Shown: one piece after another, positions 1-12,844 of the stretch
How the letters are laid out: each line of letters starts with the position of its first letter
How positions within the stretch are numbered: position 1 is the stretch's first letter
Program-made: the position numbers and the translations under genes
NCBI GenBank assembly: GCA_030390025.1
Contig: CM059433.1
Coordinates: 30,940,001 to 31,004,000, forward strand
Direction of reading: 5' to 3'
Length of the DNA stretch: 64,000 nucleotides
Source: Squalus acanthias
Lineage: Eukaryota
Notes under the pieces: generated by a model
What the model was told of the DNA's origin: nothing
The model's input: the letters and a program-made list of their open reading frames with translations, nothing else
Databases searched by the model: none

Positions 1-1075
1 TCACCCCACCAGCCTCCACATTCAACGGATCATCCTCCGCCATTTCCGCCACCTCCAGCGTGATCCCACCACCAAACACATCTTCCCCTCACCTCCCCTT
101 TCAGCATTCCGCAGGGACCGCTCCCTCCGCGACACCCTAGTCCACTCCTCTACCACCCCCAGCACCCCTTCCCCTTCGCCCGGCACCTTCCCGTGCACGC
201 GCAGGAGATGCAACACATGCCCTTATACCTCCCCTCTTCCCACTGTCCAGGGCCCCAAACACCCCTTCCAGGTGAAACAGCGATTTACTTGTACTTCCTG
301 CAATTTAGTATACTGTATTCGCTGCTCACGATGTGGACTCCTCTACATTGGGGAGACCAAACGCAGATTGGGTGACCGCTTTGCGGAACACCTCCGTTCA
401 GTCCGTAAGGGGGACCCCGAGCTCCCGGTGGCCTGTCACTTTAATTCACCGCTTCACTCCCACTCTGACCTCACCGTCCTCGGCCTATTACACTGTTCCA
501 CGGAAGCTCAGCGTAAGCTCGAGGAACAGCACCTCATCTTTCGTTTAGGCACGCTACAGCCCTCTGGACTCAATATCGAGTTCAACAATTTTAGATCATA
601 ACCTCAGCTCCAATCACATTTATATTTTATTTTATCCACCCTTTTATTTGTCCCCCCCACCTTTTTTTTTCCTCCTAGAAGCTGGCAGCTGTCCTTCATT
701 CTGCCAGTAGATTTCACACTTCATTCAGCCTTAATCTGTCACATTAACACCACCTCTAGCCTTGCATATCTCTTAATGTCTCTTAATGTCTCTTCATCTC
801 CTCCTTTGTTCCTTTATCCCCTCCCCCTTTTCCCAGCTTTACCCTGGCCTTAAATCTATTTGATTTCCAGCTCTTCCCAGTTCTGATGAAAGGTCATCGA
901 CCTGAAACGTTGCATCATACACCATTGCTCTTTCCCTCCCCTTCTTTCTTTGACTCTGTATTTGCTTAAAAGCTGTACATCTCTAAACATCTTCCAGTTC
1001 TGATGAAAGGTCATCAACTTGAAATATTAACTCTGTTTCTCCCCCGACAGATGCTGAGTGTTTTCTGTTTTTATT
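1..1075 (+). mobile_element. Penelope-like element, 3' part (RT C-terminus, GIY-YIG endonuclease, pseudo-LTR pieces)
   Basis: ORF to 601 with NLVYCIRCSRCGLLYIGETKRRLGDRFAEH and a terminal GLN motif; nearly identical to 3405-4005; two hammerhead-like motifs follow. Confidence 0.9.
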
Positions 1076-1512
1076 ATAGCTAATAACCATAACTGTTGGT
1101 AGAAGCTGAAATTCCTCTTTTTCCCCCCAAAATGCGGGAGTTTTGCCTTTTCAATGTTCCCGAGCAGCAAGTATGAGTTTGTGCATTCCTATGTTTTTAA
1201 CATTCAAGTCCTCTGAACAAGATGTTACTTAACTGTAACAAATCACAGCCAACCTCAGTGTACCTGCGAGAATAAGCCTTTAACACCTTCCAAAACAGCT
1301 AACGAGCTACTTAATTAGTACAAGTGGTGAGAAGTTTTTTGTCGCAAGCAAAGGCACAACTTCAGTATTTGACTGCCTCAGAGAGCACTCCCAGGCATTG
1401 ACAAGTGGGGGTTGTATACTATTCGCATACTGATGGGATAATAGTCCTAACTAGAGGGCTCACTAAAAGCCTGTAGCTTGAGGTTTGTAGCAATTTTATC
1501 TCTCTAATACCC

Positions 1513-2313
1513 TCGGGTTGCCAACTCTGGTTGGACATATTCCTGGAGGTTTCAACACATCACCTTCAACACATCGCCTTCAACCACTCCAAAATTAGCA
1601 CCCCCCACGCTCCCGCAATTGGGCGCCTGACACATCCAACCACGCACCTCCCCTCACCAATTGGAAAGTGAACGGACCCGCCATTACCCAATTGGATGAT
1701 TCCTGACTGTCAATCAAACAACTATTTTTCTTTCCCATCTCCAATATTTTTCTAACTAATAAATGATAGTGTCCAAAGAAAATGAAGAAAATAACACACA
1801 GATTTTTAATGCCCCTATGATTTTTCTCCTGGGTTGCTCGCAGTGGTGTCCTGGGGATTAACATAGAAACATAGAAACATAGAAGATAGGAGCAGGAGTA
1901 GGCCATTCGGCCCCTCGAGCCTGCTCCGCCATTCAATGAGATCATGGCTGATCATCCAAATTCAGTACCCTGTCCCTGCCTTTTCCCCATATCCCTTGAT
2001 CCCTTTAGCCTTAAGAAATATATCTAACTCCTTCTTGAATATATTTAATGAATTGGCCTCCACTGCCTTCTGTGGTAGAGAATTCCACAGGTTCACCACT
2101 CTCTGGGTGAAGAAATTCCTCCTCATCTCTGTCCTAAATGGCTTACCCCTTATCTTTAGACTGTGACCCCTGGTTCTGGACTCCCCGACCATCGGGAACA
2201 TCCTTCCTGCATCTAGTCTGTCTAGTCCTGTTAGAATTTTATAATTTTAACCTATAATTATAACCTATAATTCCTGGGGACTCCAGGACAATCCTGGATG
2301 GTTGGTAACCTGT
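1513..2313. mobile_element. hAT (Blackjack-like) MITE containing a CR1 insertion
   Basis: Ends tcgggttgccaac ... gttggtaacctgt; 8-bp TSD TAATACCC at 1505-1512 and 2314-2321; sibling of 17193-18551 in the opposite orientation. Confidence 0.75.
1861..2244 (-). mobile_element. CR1 LINE 3' fragment
   Basis: RTRGHSLKI...FFTQRVVNLWNSLP C-terminus and (TTTCTATG)n tail. Confidence 0.9.
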
Positions 2314-2599
2314 TAATACCCTCAGCAAACAAAGGTATTTAAATTGTTCAGCTGGTATGGTTATTAAAGATCATTAATCAACTTTGAGTTACAACTTTTT
2401 ATAGAGAGTTCTGAATACTGAATACCTTGTTTGACATAGTCTCAGCTGATATACATATATGATGAATTGAGTTGGAGTCACTGATTCACATTTTCTCCCA
2501 GGCTAATTCTGACTGATCCAGTAATCTGCGTACAGAATCTGACAGGCAGCAAAATCACCAAGGTTACACTCTTCATGAACAGATATCATATCTGTTATT

Positions 2600-4417
2600 A
2601 CGATAGCAAAATACTGCGGATGCTGGAAATCCGAAATAACAACAGAAAACGCTGGAAAAACTCAGCAGGCCAGGCAGCATCCGTGGAGAGAGAAACAGAG
2701 TTAACGTTTCAGGTTGAAGACCCTTCGTCAGAACTGGATAAAGCAGGAAATGAAATAGATTTAAAGCAAGTATAATGCTGGGAAAAGGGGGAGGGGATGA
2801 AAGAACAAAAGGGAAGATCAGTGGTAGTATAGAAGGCAGGAGAGATTAAGAGGCATTGAGAGACATTAAGAGATATTCAAGGCAAGAGGAGGTGGTAATG
2901 TGACAGGTTGAGGCTAGATGAAGTGTGAAATGCGCTGGCGGAATGAAGGACAGCTGCCATCTCCTGCTCTCGTCCTGAACTAGAAAATTTCATTTACTAC
3001 GCTTCCAATTTCCACCCTTCCCTCACCTTCACATGGTCCATCTCCGACTCTTCCCTTCCCTTCCTCGACTTCTCCATCTCCATCTCTGGGGATAGGTTAT
3101 TGACTAACATTCACTACAAGCCCACTGACTCCCACAGCTACCTGGACTACACTTCCTCCCACCCCGCCTCCTGTAAGGGCTCTATTCCATTCTCCTAGTT
3201 TCTCCGCCTCCTCCGCATCTGCTCTGACGATGCCACTTTCCATACCAGTGCTTCCGACATGTCTTCCTTTTTTCTCAACCGAAGATTCCCCTCTACTGTG
3301 GTTGACACGGCCCTCGACCATGTCCGTTCTATCTCCCGCACTTCTGCCCTGACCCCTGCCCCTCCCTCCCGGAACCACGATAGAGTTCCCCTTGTCCTCA
3401 CCTTTCACCCCACCAGCCTCCACATTCAACGGATCATCCTCCGCCATTTCCGCCACCTCCAGCGTGATCCCACCACCAAACGCATCTTCCCCTCACCTCC
3501 CCTTTCAGCATTCCATAGGGACCGCTCCCTCTGTGACACCCTAGTCCACTCCTCTACCACCCCCAGCACCCCTTCCCCGTCGCCCGGCACCTTCCCGTGC
3601 AAGCGTAGGAGATGCTACACATGCCTTTATACCTCCCCCCTTCCCACTGTCCAGGGCCCCAAACACCCCTTCCAGGTGAAACAGCGATTTACGTGTACTT
3701 CCTGCAATTTAGTATACTGTATTCGCTGCTCACGATGTGGTCTCCTCTACACTGGGGAGACCAAATGCAGATTGGGTGACCGCTTTGCGGAACACCTCCG
3801 TTCAGTCCGTAAGGGGGACCCTGAGCTCCCGGTGGCCTGTCACTTTAATTTTCCGCTCCACTCCCACTCTGATCTCACCGTCCTCGGCCTCTTGCATTGT
3901 TCCACAGAAGCTCAGCGTAAGCTCGAGGAACAGCACCTCATCTTTCGTTTAGGCACGCTACAGCCCTCTGGACTCAACACAGAGTTCAACAATTTCAGAT
4001 CATAACCACGGCCCCTATCACATATATATATATATTTTATTTTTTCATCCACCCTTTTGTTTGGTCCTTTTTTTCTTCCCTCCCTGAAGCTGGCAGCTGT
4101 CCTTCATTCCGCCAGCGCATTTCACACTTCATCTAGCCTCAACCTGTCACATTACCACCTCCTCTTGCCTTGAATATCTCTTAATGTCTCTCAATGCCTC
4201 TTAATCTCTCCTGCCTTCTATACTACCACTGACCTTCCCTTTTGTTCTTTCATCCCCTCCCCGCTTTTCCCAGCATTATACTTGCTTTAAATCTATTTCA
4301 TTTCCTGCTTTTTTCCAGTTCTGACGAAGGGTCTTCGACCTGAAACGTTAACTCTGTTTCTCTCTCCACGGATGCTGCCTGGCCTGCTGAGTTTTTCCAG
4401 CGTTTTCTGTTGTTATT
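2600..4417 (+). mobile_element. Penelope-like element with inverted pseudo-LTRs
   Basis: RT/GIY-YIG coding remnant about 2960-4005; 2634-2959 is the reverse complement of 4091-4417; 14-bp TSD TCATATCTGTTATT at 2586-2599 and 4418-4431. Confidence 0.92.
4317..4353 (+). ncRNA. Minimal type-I hammerhead ribozyme in a Penelope pLTR
   Basis: AGTT-CTGACGA-A-GGGTC-TTC-GACCT-GAAAC-GTT-AACT: stem I, CUGANGA core, stem II, GAAA and a palindromic stem III. Confidence 0.8.
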
Positions 4418-4588
4418 TCATATCTGTTATTGTTGAAAGTAAGATCACTAATACTGCGAGGCTGCAGAACTAATCTGTCCATTAAGAATATAATCTAGCT
4501 CCTTTGGTGGTGTAGTAGGTATAGCCATTGCCTCGTATCGCACTTAGCCATACAGACCAGAAGGACCCAGGCCTGATTCCTGGTTTAT

Positions 4589-5703
4589 ACATACATAGAA
4601 CAGTACAGCACAGTACAGGCCCTTCGGCCCTCGATGTTGTGCCGAGCATTGTCCGAGACCAAGATCAAGCTATCACACTCCCTATCACTCTGGTGTGCTC
4701 CATGTGCTTATCCAATAACCGCTTGAAAGTTCCTAAAGTGTCCGACTCCACTATCACAGCAGGCAGTCCATTCCACACCCCAACCACTCTCTGAGTAAAG
4801 AATCTACCTCGGACATCCCTTCTATATCTCCCCCCATGCACCTTATAATTATGCCCCCTTGTAACAGCTGCCTCTACCCGAGGAAATAGTCTCTGAACAT
4901 CCACTCTATCTATCCCCCTCATCATCTTATAAACCTCTATTAAGTCGCCTCTCATCCTCCTCCGCTCTAAAGAGAAAAGCCCCAACTCCCTCAATCTTTC
5001 CTCATAAGACCTCCCCCCCAAACCAGGCAGCATCCTGGTAAATCTCCTTTGCACTCTTTCCAATGCTTCCACGTCCTTCCTATAGTGAGGTGACCAGAAC
5101 TGCACACAATATTCCAAATGTGGTCTCACCAAGGTCCTGTACAGTTGCAGCATAACCTCACGGTTCTTAAACTCAAACCCTCTGTTAATAAACGCTAACA
5201 CACCATAGGCCTTCTTTACTGCTCTATCCACTTGAGTGGCAACCTTCAGAGATCTGTGGATATGAACCCCCAGATCCCTCTGCTCCTCCATGTTCCTCAG
5301 AACCCTGCCGTTGACCCTGTAATCCTTATTCAAATTTGCCCTACCAAAATGAATCACCTCGCACTTATCAGGGTTAAATTCCATCTGCCATTTTTCGGCC
5401 CAGCTCTGCATCCTATCAATGTCTCTTTGCAGCCTACAACTGCCCTCCACCTCATCCACTACTCCACCAATCTTGGTGTCATCAGCAAATTTACTGATCC
5501 ACCCTTCAGTCCCCTCCTCCAAGTCATTGATAAAAATCACAAACAGCAGAGGACCCAGCACCGACCCCTGTGGCACACCGCTGGTAACTGGTCTCCAGTC
5601 CGAAAATGTTCCATCCACCACCACCCTCTGCCTTCTATGAGATAGCCAGTTACTTATCCAATCGGCCAAATTTCCCTCTATCCCACAACTCCTTACTTTC
5701 TTC
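4589..5703 (-). mobile_element. CR1 LINE, 5'-truncated, uninterrupted ORF2 C-terminus
   Basis: GVPQGSVLGPLLF and KFADD RT motifs; open to the stop at 4665. Confidence 0.95.
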
Positions 5704-5811
5704 TTGTGGTGGGTTATCTCAGCCAGGGTGAAGTTGGGAGTGTTACAATTGATCCTTAGTAGCCCTGAGCTAGGGAACGGGAAGATAGCCACGGTTTCTG
5801 CTCCATTGACA

Positions 5812-6135
5812 GCTACTGTCTCAGCTGTCTTTCAGATGAGACTTTAAGCCGAGGCAACTTCTGCCCTCACAGGTGGATGTAAAAGATTCCATGGCACCAG
5901 TTCGAAGAAAAACAGGGGAGTTCTTCCCAGTGTGCAGGCCAATATTTATCCCTTAACTGACACCAAAAAACAGACTATCTGGTCGGTATCACATTGCTAT
6001 TTGCTGTGTGCAAATTCGCTGCCGCATTTACTACATTACAACAGTGACTACATTTCAAATGTACTTCTTTGGCTATACAGCGCTTTGGGATGTCCCGATG
6101 TCATGAAAGGTGCTGTATAAATGCAAGTTGTTTCT
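5812..6135 (+). mobile_element. SacSINE1-like Deu-domain SINE (5'-truncated)
   Basis: ctgccctcacaggtggatgtaaaagat... body and an L2-like tail aggtgctgtataaatgcaagt. Confidence 0.8.
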
Positions 6136-6409
6136 ATTTTTTTTCTGCTGAAAATGTGCCTGTTCAGATGTTAAGTGAGAACAGGATTGGGCTTGGCGAC
6201 GATGCGCTTTATGGTGAGTTGGCCTGCTAACACTAAATGCCTAGTCTCACACAAGAATGGTCTGTTGGTCGAGGTAACAGAGATCTGCCTGAATTACCTG
6301 TGAAACTCTTCCCTAGCAAAGGCCTACACCTTTAGAAGAGGGGATAAAAGGGAACAAAATGGGCTGGCACTTCACAGCCAATAAAATAGGTTTCAAGTGT
6401 AGTCAGTAT

Positions 6410-6570
6410 GATAATGTTAGATGGCAGCCAAATTGAGCACAGCACGGCCCCATAAACAGCAAATGAGATGAATGACCAGATAATCTGTTTTAAGTGTCTT
6501 ACTTGAAAAGACGGCCCCTCCGATAGTGCAGCACTCCCTCTGTACTACACTGGAGTGTCAGCCTAGGTTC
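6410..6570 (-). mobile_element. SacSINE1-like SINE fragment
   Basis: Reverse complement of the body seen at 61120-61535. Confidence 0.65.
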
Positions 6571-6715
6571 TTGAAATAAATTTCAGATTCACTTCTACCA
6601 CTCTGCTCAGGACAAGCATGATGCTCAGCTAGCCTGCGCAGCCAAACCCCATTTTGAAGACCATTCTTGGACTGACTGTTTCATCATTGCATGTGTTATG
6701 CTTAGTAGACATACC

Positions 6716-6791
6716 ATCATTACTTGTGCCCCCATCTTACCATTAAAAAAATATATACTTTTAATAGTTAGACGGGGGCACAAGTAATGAT
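6716..6791. repeat. 76-bp hairpin (33-bp arms, 3 mismatches)
   Basis: ATCATTACTTGTGCCCCCATCTTACCATTAAAA / TTTTAATAGTTAGACGGGGGCACAAGTAATGAT. Confidence 0.9.
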
Positions 6792-6836
6792 TTTAATACT
6801 ATTTCTTTTGCTTTTCTTTCCATCTTTTCACTTCCT

Positions 6837-7317
6837 GGGGCAGTTCGACTTTGCGCGATAGTGTAAAACGGGCGATAGCGAATCAGCTGCCCGTTTTACA
6901 TGGCTCTTCATTGAAGCCAATGGAAGTAAAATTGGGAGGGATGTAAAGCAGGCTGCCGACTCGCTATCACCCGTTTACATTATTCAACAAAGACAGCACC
7001 TGCCAAACCCACAAGCTCTACCACCTAGAAGGACAAGGGTCGCTGGCGCATGGGAACACCATCACCTGCAAGTTCCCCTCCAAGTCACACACCATCCTGA
7101 TTTGGAAGTATATCGCCGTTCCTTCATCGTCGCTGGGTCAAAATCCTGGAACTCCTTCCCTAACAGCACTGTGGGAGTACCTTCACCACACGGAATGCAG
7201 CGGTTAGAAGGAGGCAGCTAACCACCACCTTCTCAAGGGCAATTAGGGATGGGCAATAAATGTTGGCCTTGCCAGCGACACCCACATCCCAGAAACGAAT
7301 AAAAAAAGATCCACCCC
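6837..7317. mobile_element. Short palindromic Harbinger-type MITE split by a LINE 3' fragment (6996-7307, +)
   Basis: GGGG...CCCC ends; internal inverted arms gtaaaacgggcgatagcga / tcgctatcacccgtttac; the insert matches 59575-59870. Confidence 0.6.
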
Positions 7318-7644
7318 AGCATGTCTCCTGTGCTGTACAGCCACCATAGTGGGACACCTCATTGCAGAACTCCACTTGTGCCAATCTGTGATTTTTTTTT
7401 TAATTGGCTAGGGTAGATAAAGCATCAAGGTCAACAGCGCAGGACATCAGCAAGAGCAGGAGAGAAGGTAAGGCGAGTGAAGAAGTACGCCATTTATCCA
7501 GGATTTCCGTGGCTCTTCTGCCGAAGTCACAATGGGCAAGCGAGAGAACCTCTGTGGAAACGATGCTTGGTCTACACAGATCATGATGGTTCAAGTAAGC
7601 AGATGCAACACACACCTCCCCACACCTAAAAATGGTGCAAGGAT

Positions 7645-8223
7645 TTTTTATTTATTTATTCATTCTCGGGATGTGGGCGTCGCTGGCAAGGCCAGCATTT
7701 ATTGCCCATCCATAATTGCCCTTGAGAAGATGGTGGTGAGCCGCCTTCTTGAACCGCTGCAGTCCATGTGGTGAAGGTACTCCTAACATCCTGTTAGATA
7801 GGGAGTTCCCAGATTTTGACCCCGCTACAATGAAGGAACGGCAATATATGTCCAAGTCAGGATGCTGTGTGACTTGGAGGGGAACTTGGAGGTGATGGTG
7901 TTACCATGCGCCTGCTGCTCTTGTCCTTCTAGGTGGTAGAGGTCATGGGTTTGGGAGGTGCTGCAGTGCATTTGTAGATGGTACGCAGTGCAGCCACAGT
8001 GCGCCGGTGGTGGAGGGAGTGAATGTTTAAGGTGGTGGATGGGGTGCCGATCAAACGGGCTGATTTGTCCTGGATGTTGTCGAGCTTCTTGGGTGTTGTT
8101 GGAACTGCACTCATCTAAGCAAGTGGAGAGTATTCCATCACACTCCTGACTTGAACCTTGTCAATGGTGGCAAGGTTTTGGGGAGTCAGGAGATGAGTCA
8201 CTCGCTGCAGAATGCCCAGCCTC
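7645..8223 (-). mobile_element. 3' fragment of the single-ORF APE-RT LINE family
   Basis: MSAVPTTPKKLDNIQDKSARLIG; tail matches 59780-59870. Confidence 0.88.
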
Positions 8224-8816
8224 CTAATGTGACTCCTATCATTGTTATTTCATCAGCAGGGTAGTGCAGCTGAGGCATTAAATGGGTTAAATTCCTTTGT
8301 GAGTTATGGGTCCTTCATGTCTACAAAACACTGCCAGGAATAGCCTACAGTTCTATTGACAATACATCTGCTTCTGTTATTTTTACAGATCCTGCTACCG
8401 GTGATCTATCACATCAGTGAAAATAAACCCATTACAAATGTGCAAGGGAAAAATACTCACAGTCCTTGCTATGCTTCACACTATCCATGTACTGCAAAAA
8501 TTAAACACACTGTGCAACTCCAACACATCGCAGAGGATCGTGTGACTTCTGTCACCTCAAACATTTCTCCAGAACTTTAATCTGAACATGAAGAATCCCA
8601 AGAATCTCCTATTTCAGAGCTGCATTGGGCTAAAGACCAATTAAAAGTCACATATGTTACAAGAAACCTCGATCCTTGCTAGTATAAGGTATTTTAAAGC
8701 CACTCTTCAGTTTACTTTTTTTTAAAAACCATTTCCCATTTTAGCGAAGTATAGTGTATAAACCACCACATAGGTACTTTCCCAACGTTTGCTCAGTGAG
8801 CAGTGTGAGAGATACC

Positions 8817-9503
8817 GGGCCAGAATTTGCTGGAGGGGGGCATGCCATGTCAGTTAGACTTGCTACTGAACCCTTCAGATCGAAAATGTTTTGCCCACAA
8901 AGTTGCTGGAAGTGTGAGTTGATAATGGCGCAGCGAGGGCAACGGGGCATCTGGGACCTTAGTGAACCAACTAGTCTATCTCCTTAAGCAATGAGATTTA
9001 AGGTTTGAGAAAGAAATAGCGGATGGAGAAGGAGGGTGAATTAAATCAAATCAGCTAAGAAAGAGAAGGAAAGAAGATTGGATTAAGAGAGAGAGAAAAA
9101 AGAAAGGAAAAGTAAGAAAAAAATTAAACACTGAAAATTTGACGTTTTTAAAATCTCCAACAACAATTCATAACCTGAAGGAATGAGACTCCACACCTAT
9201 AATTGTTTACTTTCTGGGCAAGAGTAATTGGCAGTCATTCACAATTATCACATTATTAAAAGGGTACTTATGATGTTAAATACTAGGCTTAACTTTCTGT
9301 GGCGAGTTTAATGGGCAATTCATGTGCAAATGCAGCAACTTCATGAAACTCACGGGGAGGTTGAGGACGAGGTGTCGTTTTCGCGAGGGTAAAGGCGGAG
9401 CGGCGCAAATTGTTCAGCAACATGTGGTGATTCGCAATTCACGGGCTATCACTTCCTCGCCACAAGTTGCTGGCCGATGTATAAAAATGACACATTCTGG
9501 GCC
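8817..9503. mobile_element. Harbinger-type MITE (sibling of 25684-26459)
   Basis: GGGCCAGAATT ... attctgggcc ends; colinear similarity to 25684-26459. Confidence 0.7.
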
Positions 9504-9564
9504 AATGTGTCTTTTTGTAGCAGGATTTGCATACACAATCAGATACAATCACTAGAACAAGCCC

Positions 9565-10361
9565 TCTGCTGGAATGGGTAGACCTCAGACCCACCTGATA
9601 TTAGGCCTTGGGCCTCATTCACATCAAACCCGTGGACACCTTCTGTGTGTCACCAGGCGAAGAGGCTTGGAATTTGGGGCCACTTCATTGCTGGTAACAG
9701 CCTTCAGATAACTGCTTAAAGGGGAAGGAAAGGCGATGGGGAGCGGGAGTGGTGACCGGGAGAGGAGGGCAATCGGAGTTGGGGGGTGGGGGGGAGGCAA
9801 GCAGAAAAGGGAGGGAAGGGAGTGCCCAGGAGAGGCAGGTGAACTGGGGGAGGGTTAATTGGGTGACCGGAAGGTAGGATGAGCACGACAGTGGGGGGGA
9901 AGGGGTGGGTGCGGGGGGGTTGATTGGGAGGTGGGTGGGGGTGGGGAGGCAAGCAATGGCCGGCAGTGACCCATGGTTTAAATGTGGAGTCTGGAGGAGC
10001 ACTCCTGTACTTCCCAGCTCCGCAATCAGGTATGTATTTTTTAAACACTTACCTCTTTGGTGGCGGCCTGCAGCAGGTCCCTTTAAGAACCACCGGTTAG
10101 ACCCCATGTAGGCCTGGTTTTCCTGAAGGCAGCCGGCCCAGCACCGGTTGTGTTCAGGGTGACCCAACATTGCACAGGGGGCCTCAAACTAACACCTGTT
10201 TCAGACTCGGGCACTGCACGCCTCTTATTTTGCCCACACCAATATGGAAGGCAGCGCACTTCCGGCTCGTAATGAGCGCGCACTTCCTACCCGCCTTGTT
10301 GGAAACTTAGGCACCCATTTAGTGCCTGCAAACAGGCTCGGCTGCATAGAATTTCTCAACC
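9565..10361. mobile_element. Harbinger-type MITE with a G-rich core; left end uncertain
   Basis: Right end gaatttctcaacc; inward TTAAAGGG motifs at 9716 and 10079; back-to-back donors at 10028-10054. Confidence 0.55.
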
Positions 10362-10829
10362 AGTGACTCAGGAGAAGGAGATGTTAGAACACAGCAATGG
10401 AAAAACAGATGGGAGAAATAATTAGTGTCCAAATTAAATATACTTCTTTTGAATTGTTTACTTTCATAACTGCAGCCTCAATAAGCAGCCACATTCCTCC
10501 TCCCTGTTGCCCCCATAACAGAATATATTTGTCCTTATTCAATGCCATAAATGGCTCCTTTGATCTTCCTGCTTGCTTCTGCCCATCTGTTCCCTCATGC
10601 TCCTTTGCCTGCTCCTACACCATTAGACAGAAAATGTATTTTAAGAGCTCAGTTCACTGCAGGGCATTTACTGTTGTCTCAATAACTACTTACGTCAATA
10701 CAGAAGAGTCCAGTCACGTCTAAAGCTTTCTAGAGACTTTGCGAGGTTTCTGCTGGATTGCTATCCCTTGCCCAGAGATCAGCATTTGTTTAAAAAGACT
10801 TTTGTGAGCGCTCAAGAAGGTAAATTCTT

Positions 10830-11110
10830 GAATAAGTGGCTTGCTAGGCCATTTCAAAGGCCAGTTAAGAGTACTGTGGGTCTGGAGTCACATATAGGCC
10901 AGACCAAATAAGGACAGCAGATTTTCTTTCTGAAAGGACATTAGTGAACCAGATGGGTTTTTATGACAATCTAGTAGTTTCATGATCACCACTACTGATA
11001 GTAGTTTTTTTATTCTAGATTTATTTAATTGAATTTAAATTCCCCATGCTGGGATGTGAACTCATTACTGATTATTAGTCCAGTAACATAACCACTATGC
11101 TACCATATCC
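10830..11110 (-). mobile_element. tRNA-headed SINE (same head and body as 56668-56975)
   Basis: Reverse complement of gtagcatagtggttatgttactggacta ... aaaacccatctggttcactaatgtcc ... ctagcaagccac. Confidence 0.8.
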
Positions 11111-11500
11111 TTTCTTTCTGGCTGACTGAGTAAGAGCATCACCTAGGCATGATATTGGAAAGAAACAAGCAAGGGGAATTCCCAGGTTTCATTCTCCAAC
11201 GACATTGAATTGCATGGAATTTACAGCACAGGAACAGGCCATTTGGCCCAGCAGGTCTATTCTGGTGTTTCTGCACCACATGAGCCTCCTCCCACCCTAC
11301 TTCATCTCACCTTATCAGCTGTGCTGAGTTAGTTGATCTCAACCAGTCCAAAGGTGGGGACAATAGATTTGGCCAGGCAGGGGCAAAATCAGCCAGGGTC
11401 CTGGCTCCAGAAGACTATCTAATGATTCCTGCTGGAAAGGTGCAAATGTGTGGGTGAGGAAAGCACCGAGTCTTGCTCTGGTATCGCTCTGCAGTCAAAC

Positions 11501-12309
11501 AGCCTGCTGATATTCAAGGGGTGATTCAGCCCCTCCCGCCAGTCAAGAACAGAGCGGGAGGGCAGTTAAAATAGCTGGGCCAAGACTTACCTGCCCCATT
11601 CCTGCTCCAGTCCCACCTTCCAATGCCTTAACTGGGCCATTTCTTTAGACGGCCAAGGCTCCTGCCTGACTCGGGTGGGAGCCTCATTAGGGTATGTCCA
11701 TGACACCCATAGGACCCCAATGGCATTTTAATGGCCAACTGAACTCTGGATGCCTGCTGTGGGCACCCCACTCAGTAAAACCTGGCGGGGAAGAAGAGGA
11801 GGCTCTCTAAGGTACATTACATAGATTACATAGAGTGTACAACACAGAAACAGGCCATTCAGCCCAACTGGTCTATGCCAGTGTTTATGTTCCACACGAG
11901 CCTCCTCCCACCCTATTTCATCTCGCCCTATCAGCATATCCTTCTATTCCTTTCTCCCTCATGTATTTATCCAGCTTCCCCTTAAATGCATCTATGTTAT
12001 TTGCCTCAACTACTCCTTGTGATGGTGCGTTCCACACTCTCACCACTCTCTGGGTAAAGAATTAAGGAAGGTACGTTAGATACTTTCCTGAGCGGGACCA
12101 GGAGGAACAGAACAGGTCCGATGGCTGTCTACGAATGAGGATCCCACCTGAGTCAGGCAGGAGCCTTGGACGCCTAAAGAAAAGGCCCAGTTAAGACACT
12201 GGAAGATGGGAATGGAGCAGGAATGGGGCATGGGTATTTTACCTGTGCTCCTGCTCTTTTCCTGACAGGTGGGATGGACTAAACTTAACCCTTGAATGTC
12301 AGCAGGCTA
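11501..12309. repeat. Diverged inverted duplication (arms of about 170-190 bp) around a CR1 3' fragment (11815-12062, -)
   Basis: 11501-11690 aligns with the reverse complement of 12135-12309. Confidence 0.8.
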
Positions 12310-12844
12310 CTGGGGCCAAACAAGGAAACTCAAGGCCTCTGATGTCCCAGGCTCCCCCCCCCACTTCCCACCTGCAAAATATCCCCATTCCACCCCTGCT
12401 CCCCCCCCCCCCACAACTTACCTTGGTGCCTGCGGGCAGTCTCTGGACCGCGGGACTTCGACCTGCCCAGCTGGCCGGCGGGATGTCAATGAGGCCCGAC
12501 TATTAAAATCAGCCGAGGCCTCCCACAGAGACTCCCAGGCGGGAAGGCAGTTAGCTCCACCCACCCCCATCCAGCACCCCCCACCAACTGCCCCGGCTTC
12601 CCACTCGGGTGTTAAAATCCACCCGTCACTGTTTATGCTCACAGATAAAGGATGACCCACTGGGTACTGGATGTTGCCACTGAATCTGCAACACAACCCC
12701 AAAGTGAATCGAAAAATATACCCAAATAAAGCCTCCAAAAATCACCCTTATAAATGCGTATTTCACAAATTATTCGGTAAAAAGTAAGAGTTTAATTTTC
12801 TCCCAAATTAGGCTTTTATTTAGGTTTGAAAAAGCCAAGTACTT

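Noticed and set aside
8461..8491. 31-nt minus-strand micro-exon with good AG and GTGAGT sites
   Set aside because: No cysteine pattern of the expected next EGF exon and it would shift the frame; likely a pseudo-exon.
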